The notes below the pieces were generated by a model. It was not told the origin of the DNA, searched no databases, and saw nothing but the letters and a program-made list of their open reading frames with translations. From a virus: DNA of 39,860 nucleotides. Each line of letters begins with the position of its first letter. Within the stretch, counting starts at the first letter, position 1. The stretch is taken from positions 1 to 39,860 of the IMG/VR virus record IMGVR_UViG_3300028806_000002; one strand, given 5' to 3'. This document shows, piece after piece, positions 14,424 through 25,103 of the stretch. The position numbers and the translations under genes are program-made.

Positions 14424-14738
14424 ATGCAGGCTTACAATGAAGATGATAGTTACAGAGGTCTTTACACAAGAATTGCATCACTAGAAACGATAAGCTCAAA
14501 AACAGAACAAACACTTCTCCGAATGGAAAACAAAATAGATCACGGTTTTAACAAAATAGACGATAAATTTGCAGAAAACGCGCAAAAATTCGATAATTTT
14601 GATGAAAAAATAGAAAATGTAAGAAAAGAGAATACTAGCCATTTCCGCACTACAATATCTACGTTGTTAACTCTCATAGGAACTCCACTTTTATTAAAGT
14701 CCATAGAGTTACTAACAAAATTCCTAGGTGGAAGCTAA
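14424..14738 (+). CDS. Coiled-coil protein with a C-terminal TM helix (XhlA-like architecture)
   Basis: Track ORF starts at TTG 14394, which coincides with a TTGACA box, so ATG 14424 is preferred. The C-terminus TTISTLLTLIGTPLLLKSI is hydrophobic. Confidence 0.5.
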   Translation: MQAYNEDDSYRGLYTRIASLETISSKTEQTLLRMENKIDHGFNKIDDKFAENAQKFDNFDEKIENVRKENTSHFRTTISTLLTLIGTPLLLKSIELLTKFLGGS

Positions 14739-14754
14739 TGTTTGATTATATAAA

Positions 14755-17700
14755 TTATCTCAACCTTCTAGCTCCGATAAAACCGAAACCTGTCATAGTG
14801 CTAACTGAGAATACAGCTTGTTCTACCAGATAAACTGTAGTTGTCGATGCTAATGACAATCTCATACTTCCTATACAAGCAGCAAACGATATTAATGAGG
14901 ATGAACCAGTTTGTGTTATATTATTATTTTCCGATCCCACTGTTGTTGGAAAAGTTGCAGATGTGGTACTAATAGCCCCTTGTATAAAGGATGTAACAGT
15001 TGAACCTCCGCCTTGAAAACACGCGTTAGCACTAATTGACCAATCACCTGGTGTAAGAGATATACTTGTAATATTAGTAGGTGTTGCATTAGTTAATGCA
15101 ATTCCACTTCCTAATAATACGGATGAACTAATATATTCGCCAATATTTCCTACAGGAGCATTATCATTTGTTGTCGTACCTTTGATTGAATGAGATAGTG
15201 TGGTAAATGCAACGTTAGCTGCCATTGTCGCACTTGATGTGAAAGTAGGCACAACTGATATTGCATCAGGTTTAAAGGTGGTTAATGTACCGATAACTGC
15301 TATAGCACTAAAACCTACTGCACCCGTTGTGGTAAAAGTAGTCGTACCAGATGCTGCACCTATTGCAACTGTTCCTCCTTGGTAAATATTATTTCCCCAC
15401 ACATTAAGTGTGGCACTAGAAGTTTGAGGAGTAATATTTAGCTGTCCGCTTGTAACATTTAGAAATGTATTGTTAGATAAAAATATATTAGAAACAACCG
15501 CACCTGTTGCTCTGATTGTTACTATATCAAACACATTACCTGTTATTATTCCGCTAAAATTAGTAAGTGTAAGATTTACGTATAAACTTATTGGCAATAT
15601 GTTGTTGCAATCTTTTATCATGCCTTGTAACAAACTAGTTGCAGGCCCTGTTATTGTCCATGTCACAGGGTTTGTTCGCAAATTGGTAAGAAACATTGTA
15701 GGATTTGTTGCACCCGTAAAAGTGAGTGTTACATTTCCTACTCCCTGAAAACCATCGATATACAAAATACCATTAGTCGAAGTACCCCACGAAGAATCCA
15801 AAGTAATCGATGATGTGGTTAGGATAGAATTATTACCTTGTAAAAACACCCACGGTTTTACAGTTAATCCACCTTCTGAGAAGTTACCATAGCAAATCAA
15901 TACATATATTTTTGATGCTGATGCTGTCGTTATCTGCGACATAGCATATGCAATAGTTAGATACGGCCTTAATACGCTTCCATTTCCTACAGCATTTACA
16001 CCACCTGTTGAAGATACATAAACATAAACAAAACTATATGCAGCAGGTAGGATAGTTCCTAGTGCTGTATCTATACCTTGCAAGTTAGCAAGAACACGTG
16101 GATTAGCTGCGGTATAATTTACTGGCGTGAAACCCGCTACGATAGAATCAGATTGTGATGAATAAGTTATATTTGATTGTGAAGCGCCGCTTGAGAAAGT
16201 TGGAATAACACTTAATAGCCCTGGAATAAATGTAATACCGGTATTAGCTAATGTGATTGCTCCTATACCTGTTGTATTATCACAATAAATTATTGCAGAT
16301 CCAATGGAATTAATAGCAAGTGTTCCAACATTATAAAATGAATTTCCTGCGATAGTTGAAAGTAAAGAAGTTGAGGCAGTAGTTACATTTATAGATATTG
16401 TTAAAGGAACGTAAAAAATATTTCCTTCTAATGACAAAAAGAAATTTGATGATGCTGTTGAAAAGTTGAATGTTGGATTTGTTCCAATATTCACACTTTT
16501 CATGGTGACATTACAGTTAGTTAGAGAGAATAATGTTCTAGCATTAAATTGTGCATTAGAACTATTAATCATATTAAAATTTGTTGTTGACGTTCCACTT
16601 CCAGCACCAGTAAAAGTGAAAGCATTAGTTGTAGTAGGATACATATTAATAAATGAGACTGTAGAATTTCCATTTGAAGATAAATCCATCGTAACGCTAA
16701 AACTGAAATAAAAATTACTTATATAAACATTTCCTGGATTTGTTCCCCAAGACGTATCCTTCCCAACCGTTCCTGAAATGGTTAAAGAAGAATTATTACC
16801 ATTTATATAAATCCACGGTTTTAAATTTATGGATGACTCTGAGAAAATTCCATAACATTGTAAGAAAAATATATTAGTACTAGAAGCAGTTGTTATCTGA
16901 GACAGTGTATAAGCAATGGTTTTGTATGGACTATTAACACTTCCATTTCCAACTGCATCTACTCCATCTACAGATGATACATATACATATTTATATGTAT
17001 ACGGAGAAGGCGGTAATAATGCTAATTTAGCATCTATACCCGCTAGATTTGCATGTAAAGAACTTGTCAAATCTGGTGCAACCGCAATAGGGGTATAATT
17101 TACTGGGGTATAATTTGAATTGAGTCCATTAGATAAACTTGTTAAATTTATTACTGCAGCATTTACAATGGTTGGTACTTTATAAGAAACAACATCAATA
17201 TTAACTGTAAGGTTTGGATTGGTTGCAGTTAATGTTCCACCTATTCTACTTGAATAAAAATGTACAGCAGTTAATATTCCACCACTAGCAGCACCAGTAA
17301 GTGTGATATTTCCTGAAAAACGATTTGCCATTAAATAAGTAGTACAAGTTGCAACGAATGATTTTATTTGACCAACCCCGAGAGAAGTCAAATTATTATC
17401 GTTTAAATAAACAATAGCATTTTCATTATCAACTTGGTTAAGTTGACAATTACTAATATATGCATTGGGTGTAGTAGTAGCGCTACCGTAAACGTTTATA
17501 GAACGTAATCCACCTAATCCACTACTAGAATTCAAATTATTAATAACTAGTAAATGAGCAGTAGAATTGCTATATGATGAGAAATCAAAAATCATATCAA
17601 ATGATGTATAACTTAAATTTGATATTACTAACTTACCTGCCGTTGTAGTTCCCCATGATGCATCTAATCCGCAGTTAGCAAATAACGTCCACACAATACC

Positions 17701-19251
17701 CTCTGAGAATGCAAACAAATTAACCCAAGGTTTAAAATTAACTGCTGCGGTTTCAGTAATTGTTCCACCAATTAATCCTATAGAATAAGTATTGGTAGAA
17801 CTATTCGTTGTGATCGTAGTTAACGCATGTGCAACTGTTGCATATGGATTTTCAAAATTACCAGTTCCTGTTGAATCGCTTCCATTATTTGATACGAAAA
17901 CATAATTATTTGCAGATACAATAGAAGCAAGTGCATTATCGATTCCATGTAAATGAGCCTGTACCGATGTTGTGAGAGTTGGTGAAGTTGCGACCGGAGT
18001 GTAATGACTTGGTGTATAGTTCGCATTAAGTCCATTGGAAATGCTAGATAAATTTGAAGTTGCACCATTTGCAAGAGTAGGAGATACATAACCTGATGAA
18101 TCTTGCAATAATAATACCGTTGCACCATCACCAGTTAAACCCGTAGAAATTCTAGTTGAATAAAATGATGCAGTTGTTGACGGACCCGTAGCAAGTCCAT
18201 TTATAACAGCAGTGCCTATTGTATTTCCAATGCTATACAAAGTATTGGCTGCTAAGTTAGCATCTAATTTTCCTGAGTTTGCGATAAGTGATACAATTTC
18301 AGAAGAATCAATTTGTACGAAGCAATTGCTATAGTTCAAGAATAGTATCAAACAACCTGTAATATAAAAACTAGGATTGTTATTTGCACTTCCTTTTAAT
18401 ACAAATGAATCACTTCCAAATATATTTTCTATAAAAATTGTATTAGAGGCTGTATTTGTGAATGCACTGAAATCTAATGTAAAAGATCCGACGGTAGACG
18501 TAAAATTAGATAAACTCATCGTACCATTTGCAGTCGTTCCCCACGATGCATCTAAAGAAGTACTCACCAAATGCCATATAACGCCTTCAGATAATCCAAC
18601 GATTGAAACAAATGGTTTAAATGCAACTGATACCGTTTCAGTAATTGTTCCACCAAGTAAACATATATTAAATGGATTAGTAATAGAATTTGTTGTTATC
18701 GTAGACATTGCATGTGCAACGGTTGCATATGGATAGTTAATACTTCCATTGCCTGTTGAGTCATTACCATCTTGTGCGACAAAAACAGAATATATTGAAT
18801 GGTTTCCTACGGATGAGGGAGTTTTCCATATACCATCACCAGCATAAAAAGTATTAGTAGCAGCACCCGTTCCATGGTTAAAATTTAGAGGGTTTACTTG
18901 CACTAATGAAGGTAATGTACTTGAACCATCGACTTGGTTTCCATTAGCAGGATATACCGCAATTTGATTTGCAAGACCAGGCAACACAGTTCCGCTAGTC
19001 ACGCCGCCAAGTAATACTAAAGTTGAAAATGTACTATCAGTAAATTCATAAAGTGCATTTCCATCGATTGCAGCAACAAGTATCGTGTCTGAAATAAACC
19101 ATCCCCAAACACCTTTGTTTAAATCATTTATGACTGGCATTTGGTTTAATATGTAATTTGTCGTTGCAACGGTTGCCAATGTGTCAGAAGTTGCAATTCT
19201 TACAATACTTACATTATTTGGTACATCCCTTACTATACTTATGATTGGCAT
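14755..19251 (-). CDS. Giant tail fibre/tailspike (1498 aa) with four tandem beta-helix-like modules
   Basis: Module heads: SVFVAQDGNDSTGNGSINYPYATVAHAM, YVFVSNNGSDSTGTGNFENPYATVAHAL, YVYVSSVDGVDAVGNGSVNSPYKTIAYTL, YVYVSSTGGVNAVGNGSVLRPYLTIAYAM. Linkers are of the form NYTP.NYTP...L.GID.AL. Confidence 0.8.
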   Translation of the reverse strand: MPIISIVRDVPNNVSIVRIATSDTLATVATTNYILNQMPVINDLNKGVWGWFISDTILVAAIDGNALYEFTDSTFSTLVLLGGVTSGTVLPGLANQIAVYPANGNQVDGSSTLPSLVQVNPLNFNHGTGAATNTFYAGDGIWKTPSSVGNHSIYSVFVAQDGNDSTGNGSINYPYATVAHAMSTITTNSITNPFNICLLGGTITETVSVAFKPFVSIVGLSEGVIWHLVSTSLDASWGTTANGTMSLSNFTSTVGSFTLDFSAFTNTASNTIFIENIFGSDSFVLKGSANNNPSFYITGCLILFLNYSNCFVQIDSSEIVSLIANSGKLDANLAANTLYSIGNTIGTAVINGLATGPSTTASFYSTRISTGLTGDGATVLLLQDSSGYVSPTLANGATSNLSSISNGLNANYTPSHYTPVATSPTLTTSVQAHLHGIDNALASIVSANNYVFVSNNGSDSTGTGNFENPYATVAHALTTITTNSSTNTYSIGLIGGTITETAAVNFKPWVNLFAFSEGIVWTLFANCGLDASWGTTTAGKLVISNLSYTSFDMIFDFSSYSNSTAHLLVINNLNSSSGLGGLRSINVYGSATTTPNAYISNCQLNQVDNENAIVYLNDNNLTSLGVGQIKSFVATCTTYLMANRFSGNITLTGAASGGILTAVHFYSSRIGGTLTATNPNLTVNIDVVSYKVPTIVNAAVINLTSLSNGLNSNYTPVNYTPIAVAPDLTSSLHANLAGIDAKLALLPPSPYTYKYVYVSSVDGVDAVGNGSVNSPYKTIAYTLSQITTASSTNIFFLQCYGIFSESSINLKPWIYINGNNSSLTISGTVGKDTSWGTNPGNVYISNFYFSFSVTMDLSSNGNSTVSFINMYPTTTNAFTFTGAGSGTSTTNFNMINSSNAQFNARTLFSLTNCNVTMKSVNIGTNPTFNFSTASSNFFLSLEGNIFYVPLTISINVTTASTSLLSTIAGNSFYNVGTLAINSIGSAIIYCDNTTGIGAITLANTGITFIPGLLSVIPTFSSGASQSNITYSSQSDSIVAGFTPVNYTAANPRVLANLQGIDTALGTILPAAYSFVYVYVSSTGGVNAVGNGSVLRPYLTIAYAMSQITTASASKIYVLICYGNFSEGGLTVKPWVFLQGNNSILTTSSITLDSSWGTSTNGILYIDGFQGVGNVTLTFTGATNPTMFLTNLRTNPVTWTITGPATSLLQGMIKDCNNILPISLYVNLTLTNFSGIITGNVFDIVTIRATGAVVSNIFLSNNTFLNVTSGQLNITPQTSSATLNVWGNNIYQGGTVAIGAASGTTTFTTTGAVGFSAIAVIGTLTTFKPDAISVVPTFTSSATMAANVAFTTLSHSIKGTTTNDNAPVGNIGEYISSSVLLGSGIALTNATPTNITSISLTPGDWSISANACFQGGGSTVTSFIQGAISTTSATFPTTVGSENNNITQTGSSSLISFAACIGSMRLSLASTTTVYLVEQAVFSVSTMTGFGFIGARRLR

Positions 19252-19285
19252 ATTTTCATCCTTGAAAATAATTGTTTAATAATTT

Positions 19286-20167
19286 TTAACGTCTTACTCT
19301 GGCGTAAATCCCTCCAAATGCAAGAACTTGCCCTGTTGTTCCAGTAAAAAAAGATGTTCCTGATAAAAATATAGTTGTTGTTATTGCAAGACTAAATCTT
19401 CTCATAGGCACTGTAAAACCAGATAATGTTCCACTTGGTACATTCAAATAAGAAACTAATGATGAATCGGGTTGAGAAGCAGATATATCAGATACCCACC
19501 CTATAAGTGCCGTTGCATAAACCACACCAGTAAAACCTACATTTCCCCATACATCGTAATCACCAGGTGGAAGAGATAAAAAAGTAATATTAAATGGATT
19601 GTTATTTGATAAAGGCACAGATTCAGCAAGTGTAACAATACGTGAATCGAAATATCCTACACTTCCTGAATTTGCATCATCATTTGTAGTCGTTCCAATA
19701 ATCCCCGCAGTAGAGGTAAATTCAATACTCGTTGCAGTAGGAGAAATCAATAATGGTGCAGTATCTCTAACAGGTGAACCAGTTCCAGTTGCAGGAACAA
19801 GAGATGGAAATCCTGTACTATCCGTAAATAATCCGGCATTAACAGCTGTAGGTATTCCATCAATTGCCGTTCCAGTTGCGGGATAATAAGCAATATCATT
19901 TACTGCACCGACATTAACCGTTCCAGAACCGCCAGAAGCTAATTGTACCCACGCTGTGCCATTCCAAAATTCAAGTTGGCTAAGACTATAGTTATATCCA
20001 AATGTGCCAGGATTAGGTGTTGTAGGGCGTGTAGAAGTCTCCCAAGTGAAGGGAAAAGGAATTTGCATATTAGCACCGCCCTCTGGCGATGTAACACCAA
20101 CTAAACTATTTCCAGGATTGGATAAACTTGCCTGTGCAAAGCTACTAAATTTAACAGTATTAACCAT
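19286..20167 (-). CDS. Tail fibre protein (293 aa) sharing its C-terminal domain with the giant fibre
   Basis: GTTTNDDANSGSVGYF...LPPGDYDVWGNV...GGIYARVRR aligns with GTTTNDNAPVGNIGEY...LTPGDWSISANA...GFIGARRLR. Confidence 0.7.
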   Translation of the reverse strand: MVNTVKFSSFAQASLSNPGNSLVGVTSPEGGANMQIPFPFTWETSTRPTTPNPGTFGYNYSLSQLEFWNGTAWVQLASGGSGTVNVGAVNDIAYYPATGTAIDGIPTAVNAGLFTDSTGFPSLVPATGTGSPVRDTAPLLISPTATSIEFTSTAGIIGTTTNDDANSGSVGYFDSRIVTLAESVPLSNNNPFNITFLSLPPGDYDVWGNVGFTGVVYATALIGWVSDISASQPDSSLVSYLNVPSGTLSGFTVPMRRFSLAITTTIFLSGTSFFTGTTGQVLAFGGIYARVRR

Positions 20168-20184
20168 AACTGCATCCTTGCAAT

Positions 20185-20523
20185 TTATGTCGATTGTACT
20201 AACAGTAATGATACACCCAATTGCGGCGTTCCCGTACTGATAAAGCTTAGAATATCTCCACCTTTAACGAATCTTGCCATACCAGGATATACACGTTCTT
20301 GGTTGTTGACGGTCACTGCACTTCCTGAGACTGGCGCAATCGCTGTACCATTTGAACTTACCCAAACATCAGCCGTTGTACTCACTGAAAATTCAGCTCG
20401 GTATGTCTTTGTAGCTAGACCGGGAACTGTCCAAGGCAATGCAGTTGATGCAACTAATAATGCTTGTAATCCATTGTGTGAAAATGGTTTTGTATTATCG
20501 AAACTACTGCTGTATGTTGTCAT
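20185..20523 (-). CDS. Hypothetical beta-rich virion-module protein
   Basis: 112-aa track ORF between fibre genes. Confidence 0.55.
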   Translation of the reverse strand: MTTYSSSFDNTKPFSHNGLQALLVASTALPWTVPGLATKTYRAEFSVSTTADVWVSSNGTAIAPVSGSAVTVNNQERVYPGMARFVKGGDILSFISTGTPQLGVSLLLVQST

Positions 20524-20535
20524 AATAAATTCCTT

Positions 20536-22656
20536 TTAAGGTAAAGTGGGATTTCCTAAAACTGAATTTGCTGTCCATTGCACTGAATAAACAGCACCCA
20601 ATCCGGTTAACAATGTTGGTATTCCTGTAGAATTTGTACTTACATAAGGATTTGAAGCTGCAACTAATTGTGAATCAGAAATAGCAGGAGCAACAATCGT
20701 AGCAAAATCTTGTGTTCCAGTTGCAGGTGAATACCATCTCATTAAAGGTACAGATATTTTTGTTACTTTGAATGGTCTATCATTTCCATAAAGTGGATTA
20801 AAACCAGGATTATAAGCAGTCGAAGCACCGCCAGATGATATAGTTGGTGCTCCAGGATATTGACCAACATCATAACTTTTCTCATAAAATGCTTGGCATT
20901 TTCTTAAACTTGTTTCAAAGGTTTCAACTGCTGCATCAATTGCAAAATCATTTTGCACTAAAGATATACGATCAAATATTACTGAATCAACGTTTCCAGA
21001 TACATTATTCAAAGGTGCATTAATATAAACTACAATTCCCAAATAAAGTGGTGTATTAGATGAAGTAGCTTTTGGCAATGAAAATTGATCATATGGCATT
21101 TGTGGAAATTGATTTGTATTTAACAATGAAGATGAATTTATTAATGTATAAGCAGGGTCAGTTATTGCAGAAATTCCAGGTGCAACTGAAGCAGGATACG
21201 CATTCCATCCAGAAGAAAAAATAACATCACCATTAGTATCCCATCCTGTAATCGGTTCAACTGCACTAAGTGCAGGTATTGGAGTAGTTCTCCATATTAA
21301 ACGCATTTTTAACTGTGGAGCAGAAAGTGACCCCGTAGTATGAATCAACAATGCTCTAACTAAAGAAGATAAATTTTGACCCCAATAAGGTATCATTGTA
21401 GTAGCATTTATATACTGAATAATAGCAAAACGATTTGCATTAATTCCATTAACAGCAGATATTTGTAAACCATAATTATATTGCGAATTCGCTTGTGAAA
21501 AAGCAACTGCACCTACTGTTTCCGTATGTATTATTGTTTGATCAGTAATATACCCAGTTTGTAATGATGTAGTTATTGGGAAAAGGTCTTTTCTAATAAA
21601 CTGATACGGATTTAATCCAAATGTCCATCCCGCTAATAAACTTTCCTTTGGCTGCATTACTAATGAATTTCTATAAACATTGAATTCATGATCAACCATT
21701 CTCTCATACGTCTGCTGTCTATAGATTGGTGCAGCAGAAGGTAATGGACTGCTTATCAATGGCGTAGTTTGTCCAACGACTTGTATATTAGTCAAATCTA
21801 ATATCGCACTTGGAAAAATATTAAACTGTATTTCTACATAACCCAATGGTGCTGAATCAGAATTTGTGGGTGCCATTAAATTAACTGCATTTTTATATTC
21901 TAAAAATCCACCTAATGCGATGACAGGTAAATTATAAATTGTTTGACCCATTCCTGTTGATGGTTGATAAGATACTGTTAACGTTTGAGGATTTGTATAT
22001 GCCTGAGCCGTAAATGATATAGCAATAGAACCATTCTCAAATATAAATGGACTATTAGAAAATCTCTGTATTAACTTAATAGAATTAAAAGTTGCACCAG
22101 CACTTGTATCAATATGCAGATAGTAATTTGGATCTCCAACTACTGGCGGCATCGAGAATGGAATTTGCGATATTGTAATTGAACCAGAACCTTGTAAATC
22201 AATACGCCAACCAGGAGCAATCGGTATAGAATAATTACCAGATGTTGCTTGCGTATAAGTAAATGGCGTTGAAAAATAAACATCAGAAAACGTGGGATTC
22301 GTGATCATATTATCAGCATCAAGAAATGGCGTATTTACTGGGGTAACACCTCCGCCAGCGCCGCCAGGTACAAAATTCTCTATCAACCAAATTAAAGGGT
22401 CAGCACTCGTATTACCATGGCGTATTTCAATCCTGTAAACCAACGTCGGGTCAAAGTATAAATTATTAGGCAATGTTCCAGATGGTTGAAACTCTAATAT
22501 ATATGGCCATGAAGATATAGCATTCGGGTCTTGATACGGCGCTTGTGGTGCATATGGCAAATCATTAGTTAGAAAGAACGCATAATATTCGTCATTAAGA
22601 GATAGACCTGTTAGGTCTGGTAACCACCATATTGGGTTTGCTGCTCGTACTAACAT
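20536..22656 (-). CDS. Tail fibre/tail-associated structural protein (706 aa)
   Basis: Call rests on size and its position after the internal-protein genes. AAGGATGA SD upstream. Confidence 0.6.
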   Translation of the reverse strand: MLVRAANPIWWLPDLTGLSLNDEYYAFFLTNDLPYAPQAPYQDPNAISSWPYILEFQPSGTLPNNLYFDPTLVYRIEIRHGNTSADPLIWLIENFVPGGAGGGVTPVNTPFLDADNMITNPTFSDVYFSTPFTYTQATSGNYSIPIAPGWRIDLQGSGSITISQIPFSMPPVVGDPNYYLHIDTSAGATFNSIKLIQRFSNSPFIFENGSIAISFTAQAYTNPQTLTVSYQPSTGMGQTIYNLPVIALGGFLEYKNAVNLMAPTNSDSAPLGYVEIQFNIFPSAILDLTNIQVVGQTTPLISSPLPSAAPIYRQQTYERMVDHEFNVYRNSLVMQPKESLLAGWTFGLNPYQFIRKDLFPITTSLQTGYITDQTIIHTETVGAVAFSQANSQYNYGLQISAVNGINANRFAIIQYINATTMIPYWGQNLSSLVRALLIHTTGSLSAPQLKMRLIWRTTPIPALSAVEPITGWDTNGDVIFSSGWNAYPASVAPGISAITDPAYTLINSSSLLNTNQFPQMPYDQFSLPKATSSNTPLYLGIVVYINAPLNNVSGNVDSVIFDRISLVQNDFAIDAAVETFETSLRKCQAFYEKSYDVGQYPGAPTISSGGASTAYNPGFNPLYGNDRPFKVTKISVPLMRWYSPATGTQDFATIVAPAISDSQLVAASNPYVSTNSTGIPTLLTGLGAVYSVQWTANSVLGNPTLP

Positions 22657-22685
22657 ATTTAATCATCCTTGATTAAAGTTTAACT

Positions 22686-25103
22686 TTAAAAACCTCTAGC
22701 AACCTTTTTAGCATATTTATAAAAAGTTTTTGCTCTCTTTATTTGTAACATTAGTCCTGTAGTAGATTTTTCAGAACTATCATCTAATTTTTCATATTCT
22801 TTCTTTAACTTCTTTAGTTCAAACCCAAGTTTTGATTTTTCTTCCAATGTTATATTTGCAGCATTAAATTTTTCACGTAAAATTTGCATGTGTTCCTTTA
22901 TTTTTTGTTTATCATTTTTAATTTTTTCAATTGTATTTATATTTTTTTCTATTGATTTTTCTAATTTGTTTATTTGATCATTATGTTTTTGAGATAGTTT
23001 TCCATGAGTTTCAATTTCTTCATTTTTTCTATCCTTTTCTGATTCATAATCTTCAATTTCTTTTTGATAAGATTTTTCTTTTGCAGTTTGTTCTCGTACT
23101 TGTTCTTTATGTTCTTTTACTTTTTCTGAATGTTCTTTACGCGCCTGTATAGCTTCATTATTAGCTCGGGTCGATTTCTTATTTGTAATATCTCTTTGTT
23201 TTTGAGCTTCTTCTATTTGCTTTTCAGATTGTTTTACCATTTCATCTGATTTTATTTTTTGTTCAGCTAGTTTTTTTAATTCAGGAAGCTGTTTTGTCCA
23301 AAAACGTGATAATTCATTTGGTTTATGAATCAAATTTGGTTTGCTTTCAAAAATCTGTCCAACAACATGTTTTACCATTTCAGGATTTTTACTTATTAAA
23401 ACTCTTAATAATTCTTGACCAACTCCGGAACCACTTAATTCATCAATCATAGATTTACCAAGTTTTACATCTTTAAATGCTTTTTTTACTGACTTACTTT
23501 CTTTTAAATCATATAAATCAACATACCTTAAGTTTAAATCATCAAAATCTGCTGCATGTTTTCCTAATCCTTCATCAAGTGATTTTTTAAATGAATCTTG
23601 TAATTTTCTTAATTCAGGTAAAGCTTCATGTATTTTTTCTCTTGATCTTGCTGATTCTATTTCTTTTGCTTCTTGTCCTAAATTATATATTTCAGTTTTT
23701 AAATCTTTAAATCTTGTCATTAAAGTATGCGCTTTCAATTCCCTTTTTTTTGGCATTTCTTTTAATACACGTTTTACATACATATTTTTAGGATTTTTCG
23801 GTGTATAAATATTTTCCTTGTTTATTGTTATATTATCATTTTTCACTTCCTTTACTTTTCTTCCATAATCTTTTTTTAATTTTACATGAATATCTTCAAC
23901 TTGTTTTTTAATATAATCACCAACATGAATATGATGCGCAGAACCAACATTCAAATGTTCACCTATTCTATCAGTAGCTTCTTTTGATAATTTTTTAACT
24001 TGATCATGATTTTCTTTAACTTGAGATAAATTCTCTTCTGCAATTTCATGCTCTTCATCTGCTTTTCTTGATCTTTCTTCATGCTCATGTGGTTTTTCAG
24101 GAGCAATTAATTCTTTTTTCTCAGGAGCAACAATTTCTCTTTCCTGTAATTTTTCTGGTTCTTTCGGAGCTTCTTGCTTTAATTTGTCAAGATTCTCTTG
24201 TAATTCCTTAGATTTTAAATTTGCTTCTTTTATCATTTCATCATGTACATTTAATTGATGAACTAATTTTTCATGATCTGTTGGTACTCCCTGGTTTTTT
24301 GCCTGAATAACGGCTTCTTTATATGCTTTTTTCTGTGGTTCATATCTTTCTTGTGCTGATTCTATTCCTTTTTCTGCATTCTCTATGGATAATTGTTTAG
24401 ATAATTTCTGTGCTTCTAATAATGGATTAGTTGTTCCTTTAATTTTTACTGGTAATTTAGCAGCAGTTTTTCCTATACCAATTGCTGATTCAGTAAGAGC
24501 TTTTCCAACAGGAAAAACTATAGGAATATTTTCAAATCCTTTTCGAATTAAATCACTTCCAGGATAAGATTGTCCAGCAATTTTATTTGTTAATGGTTTA
24601 AAATTAAATTGTCTATCAGAAGTTAATTTATTTCCCATTTCAGGAGATATCAATTCAAGATTAGATAATGTTTTAGGAAAGTTTCTAGGTATATTTAAAA
24701 TATTTTGTAACATATCTCCAATACCTGCAATCGCAGTTCTTGATGCTTTTACAGGATGTTGAGCTGTTGACTCTAAAGCAGAATTACCTTTATCCATTAT
24801 CATTTTTAATGCATTACTTCCAGATTCAACTGCTGATTCAGCTAATTTCGGAACTGCTCTAATTATGGCTTGACCTGCTCCATATGGAGGAACAAATTTA
24901 CCTTGTTTTCCAGATAAAACACGTCCTGACAAAATATCCATTGCCATATCTGTTAAACTTGGAGGTTTTGTTTCTTCTGAAATATTATTTTTTTTGGAAT
25001 TTTTAACTGATTTTTGGTTTGAATTTAAATGTGAAAAATCAAGTTCTTCTTCATTATTAGATGATTTAGTATTTAAATGTGAAAAATCAAATTCATCACT
25101 CAT
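22686..25103 (-). CDS. Large coiled-coil internal virion / ejection protein (805 aa)
   Basis: Extremely K/E-rich heptad-like sequence. Its position equals that of podovirus internal core proteins. The N-terminus repeats DFSHLN twice. Confidence 0.6.
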   Translation of the reverse strand: MSDEFDFSHLNTKSSNNEEELDFSHLNSNQKSVKNSKKNNISEETKPPSLTDMAMDILSGRVLSGKQGKFVPPYGAGQAIIRAVPKLAESAVESGSNALKMIMDKGNSALESTAQHPVKASRTAIAGIGDMLQNILNIPRNFPKTLSNLELISPEMGNKLTSDRQFNFKPLTNKIAGQSYPGSDLIRKGFENIPIVFPVGKALTESAIGIGKTAAKLPVKIKGTTNPLLEAQKLSKQLSIENAEKGIESAQERYEPQKKAYKEAVIQAKNQGVPTDHEKLVHQLNVHDEMIKEANLKSKELQENLDKLKQEAPKEPEKLQEREIVAPEKKELIAPEKPHEHEERSRKADEEHEIAEENLSQVKENHDQVKKLSKEATDRIGEHLNVGSAHHIHVGDYIKKQVEDIHVKLKKDYGRKVKEVKNDNITINKENIYTPKNPKNMYVKRVLKEMPKKRELKAHTLMTRFKDLKTEIYNLGQEAKEIESARSREKIHEALPELRKLQDSFKKSLDEGLGKHAADFDDLNLRYVDLYDLKESKSVKKAFKDVKLGKSMIDELSGSGVGQELLRVLISKNPEMVKHVVGQIFESKPNLIHKPNELSRFWTKQLPELKKLAEQKIKSDEMVKQSEKQIEEAQKQRDITNKKSTRANNEAIQARKEHSEKVKEHKEQVREQTAKEKSYQKEIEDYESEKDRKNEEIETHGKLSQKHNDQINKLEKSIEKNINTIEKIKNDKQKIKEHMQILREKFNAANITLEEKSKLGFELKKLKKEYEKLDDSSEKSTTGLMLQIKRAKTFYKYAKKVARGF

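Noticed and set aside
15200-18736. Multiple 60-119-aa ORFs inside the giant fibre gene (for example 17820..18131 -, 18377..18736 +), and similar shadow ORFs in other long genes (7624..7957, 25341..25836, 34646..35320)
   Set aside because: They are nested within or antisense to long, well-supported structural genes, and have no independent signals.
14758-19699. A diversity-generating retroelement acting on the paralogous fibre tips
   Set aside because: There is no reverse transcriptase anywhere in the genome, and no nucleotide-level template/variable repeat pair with adenine-specific differences. The similarity is ordinary protein paralogy.
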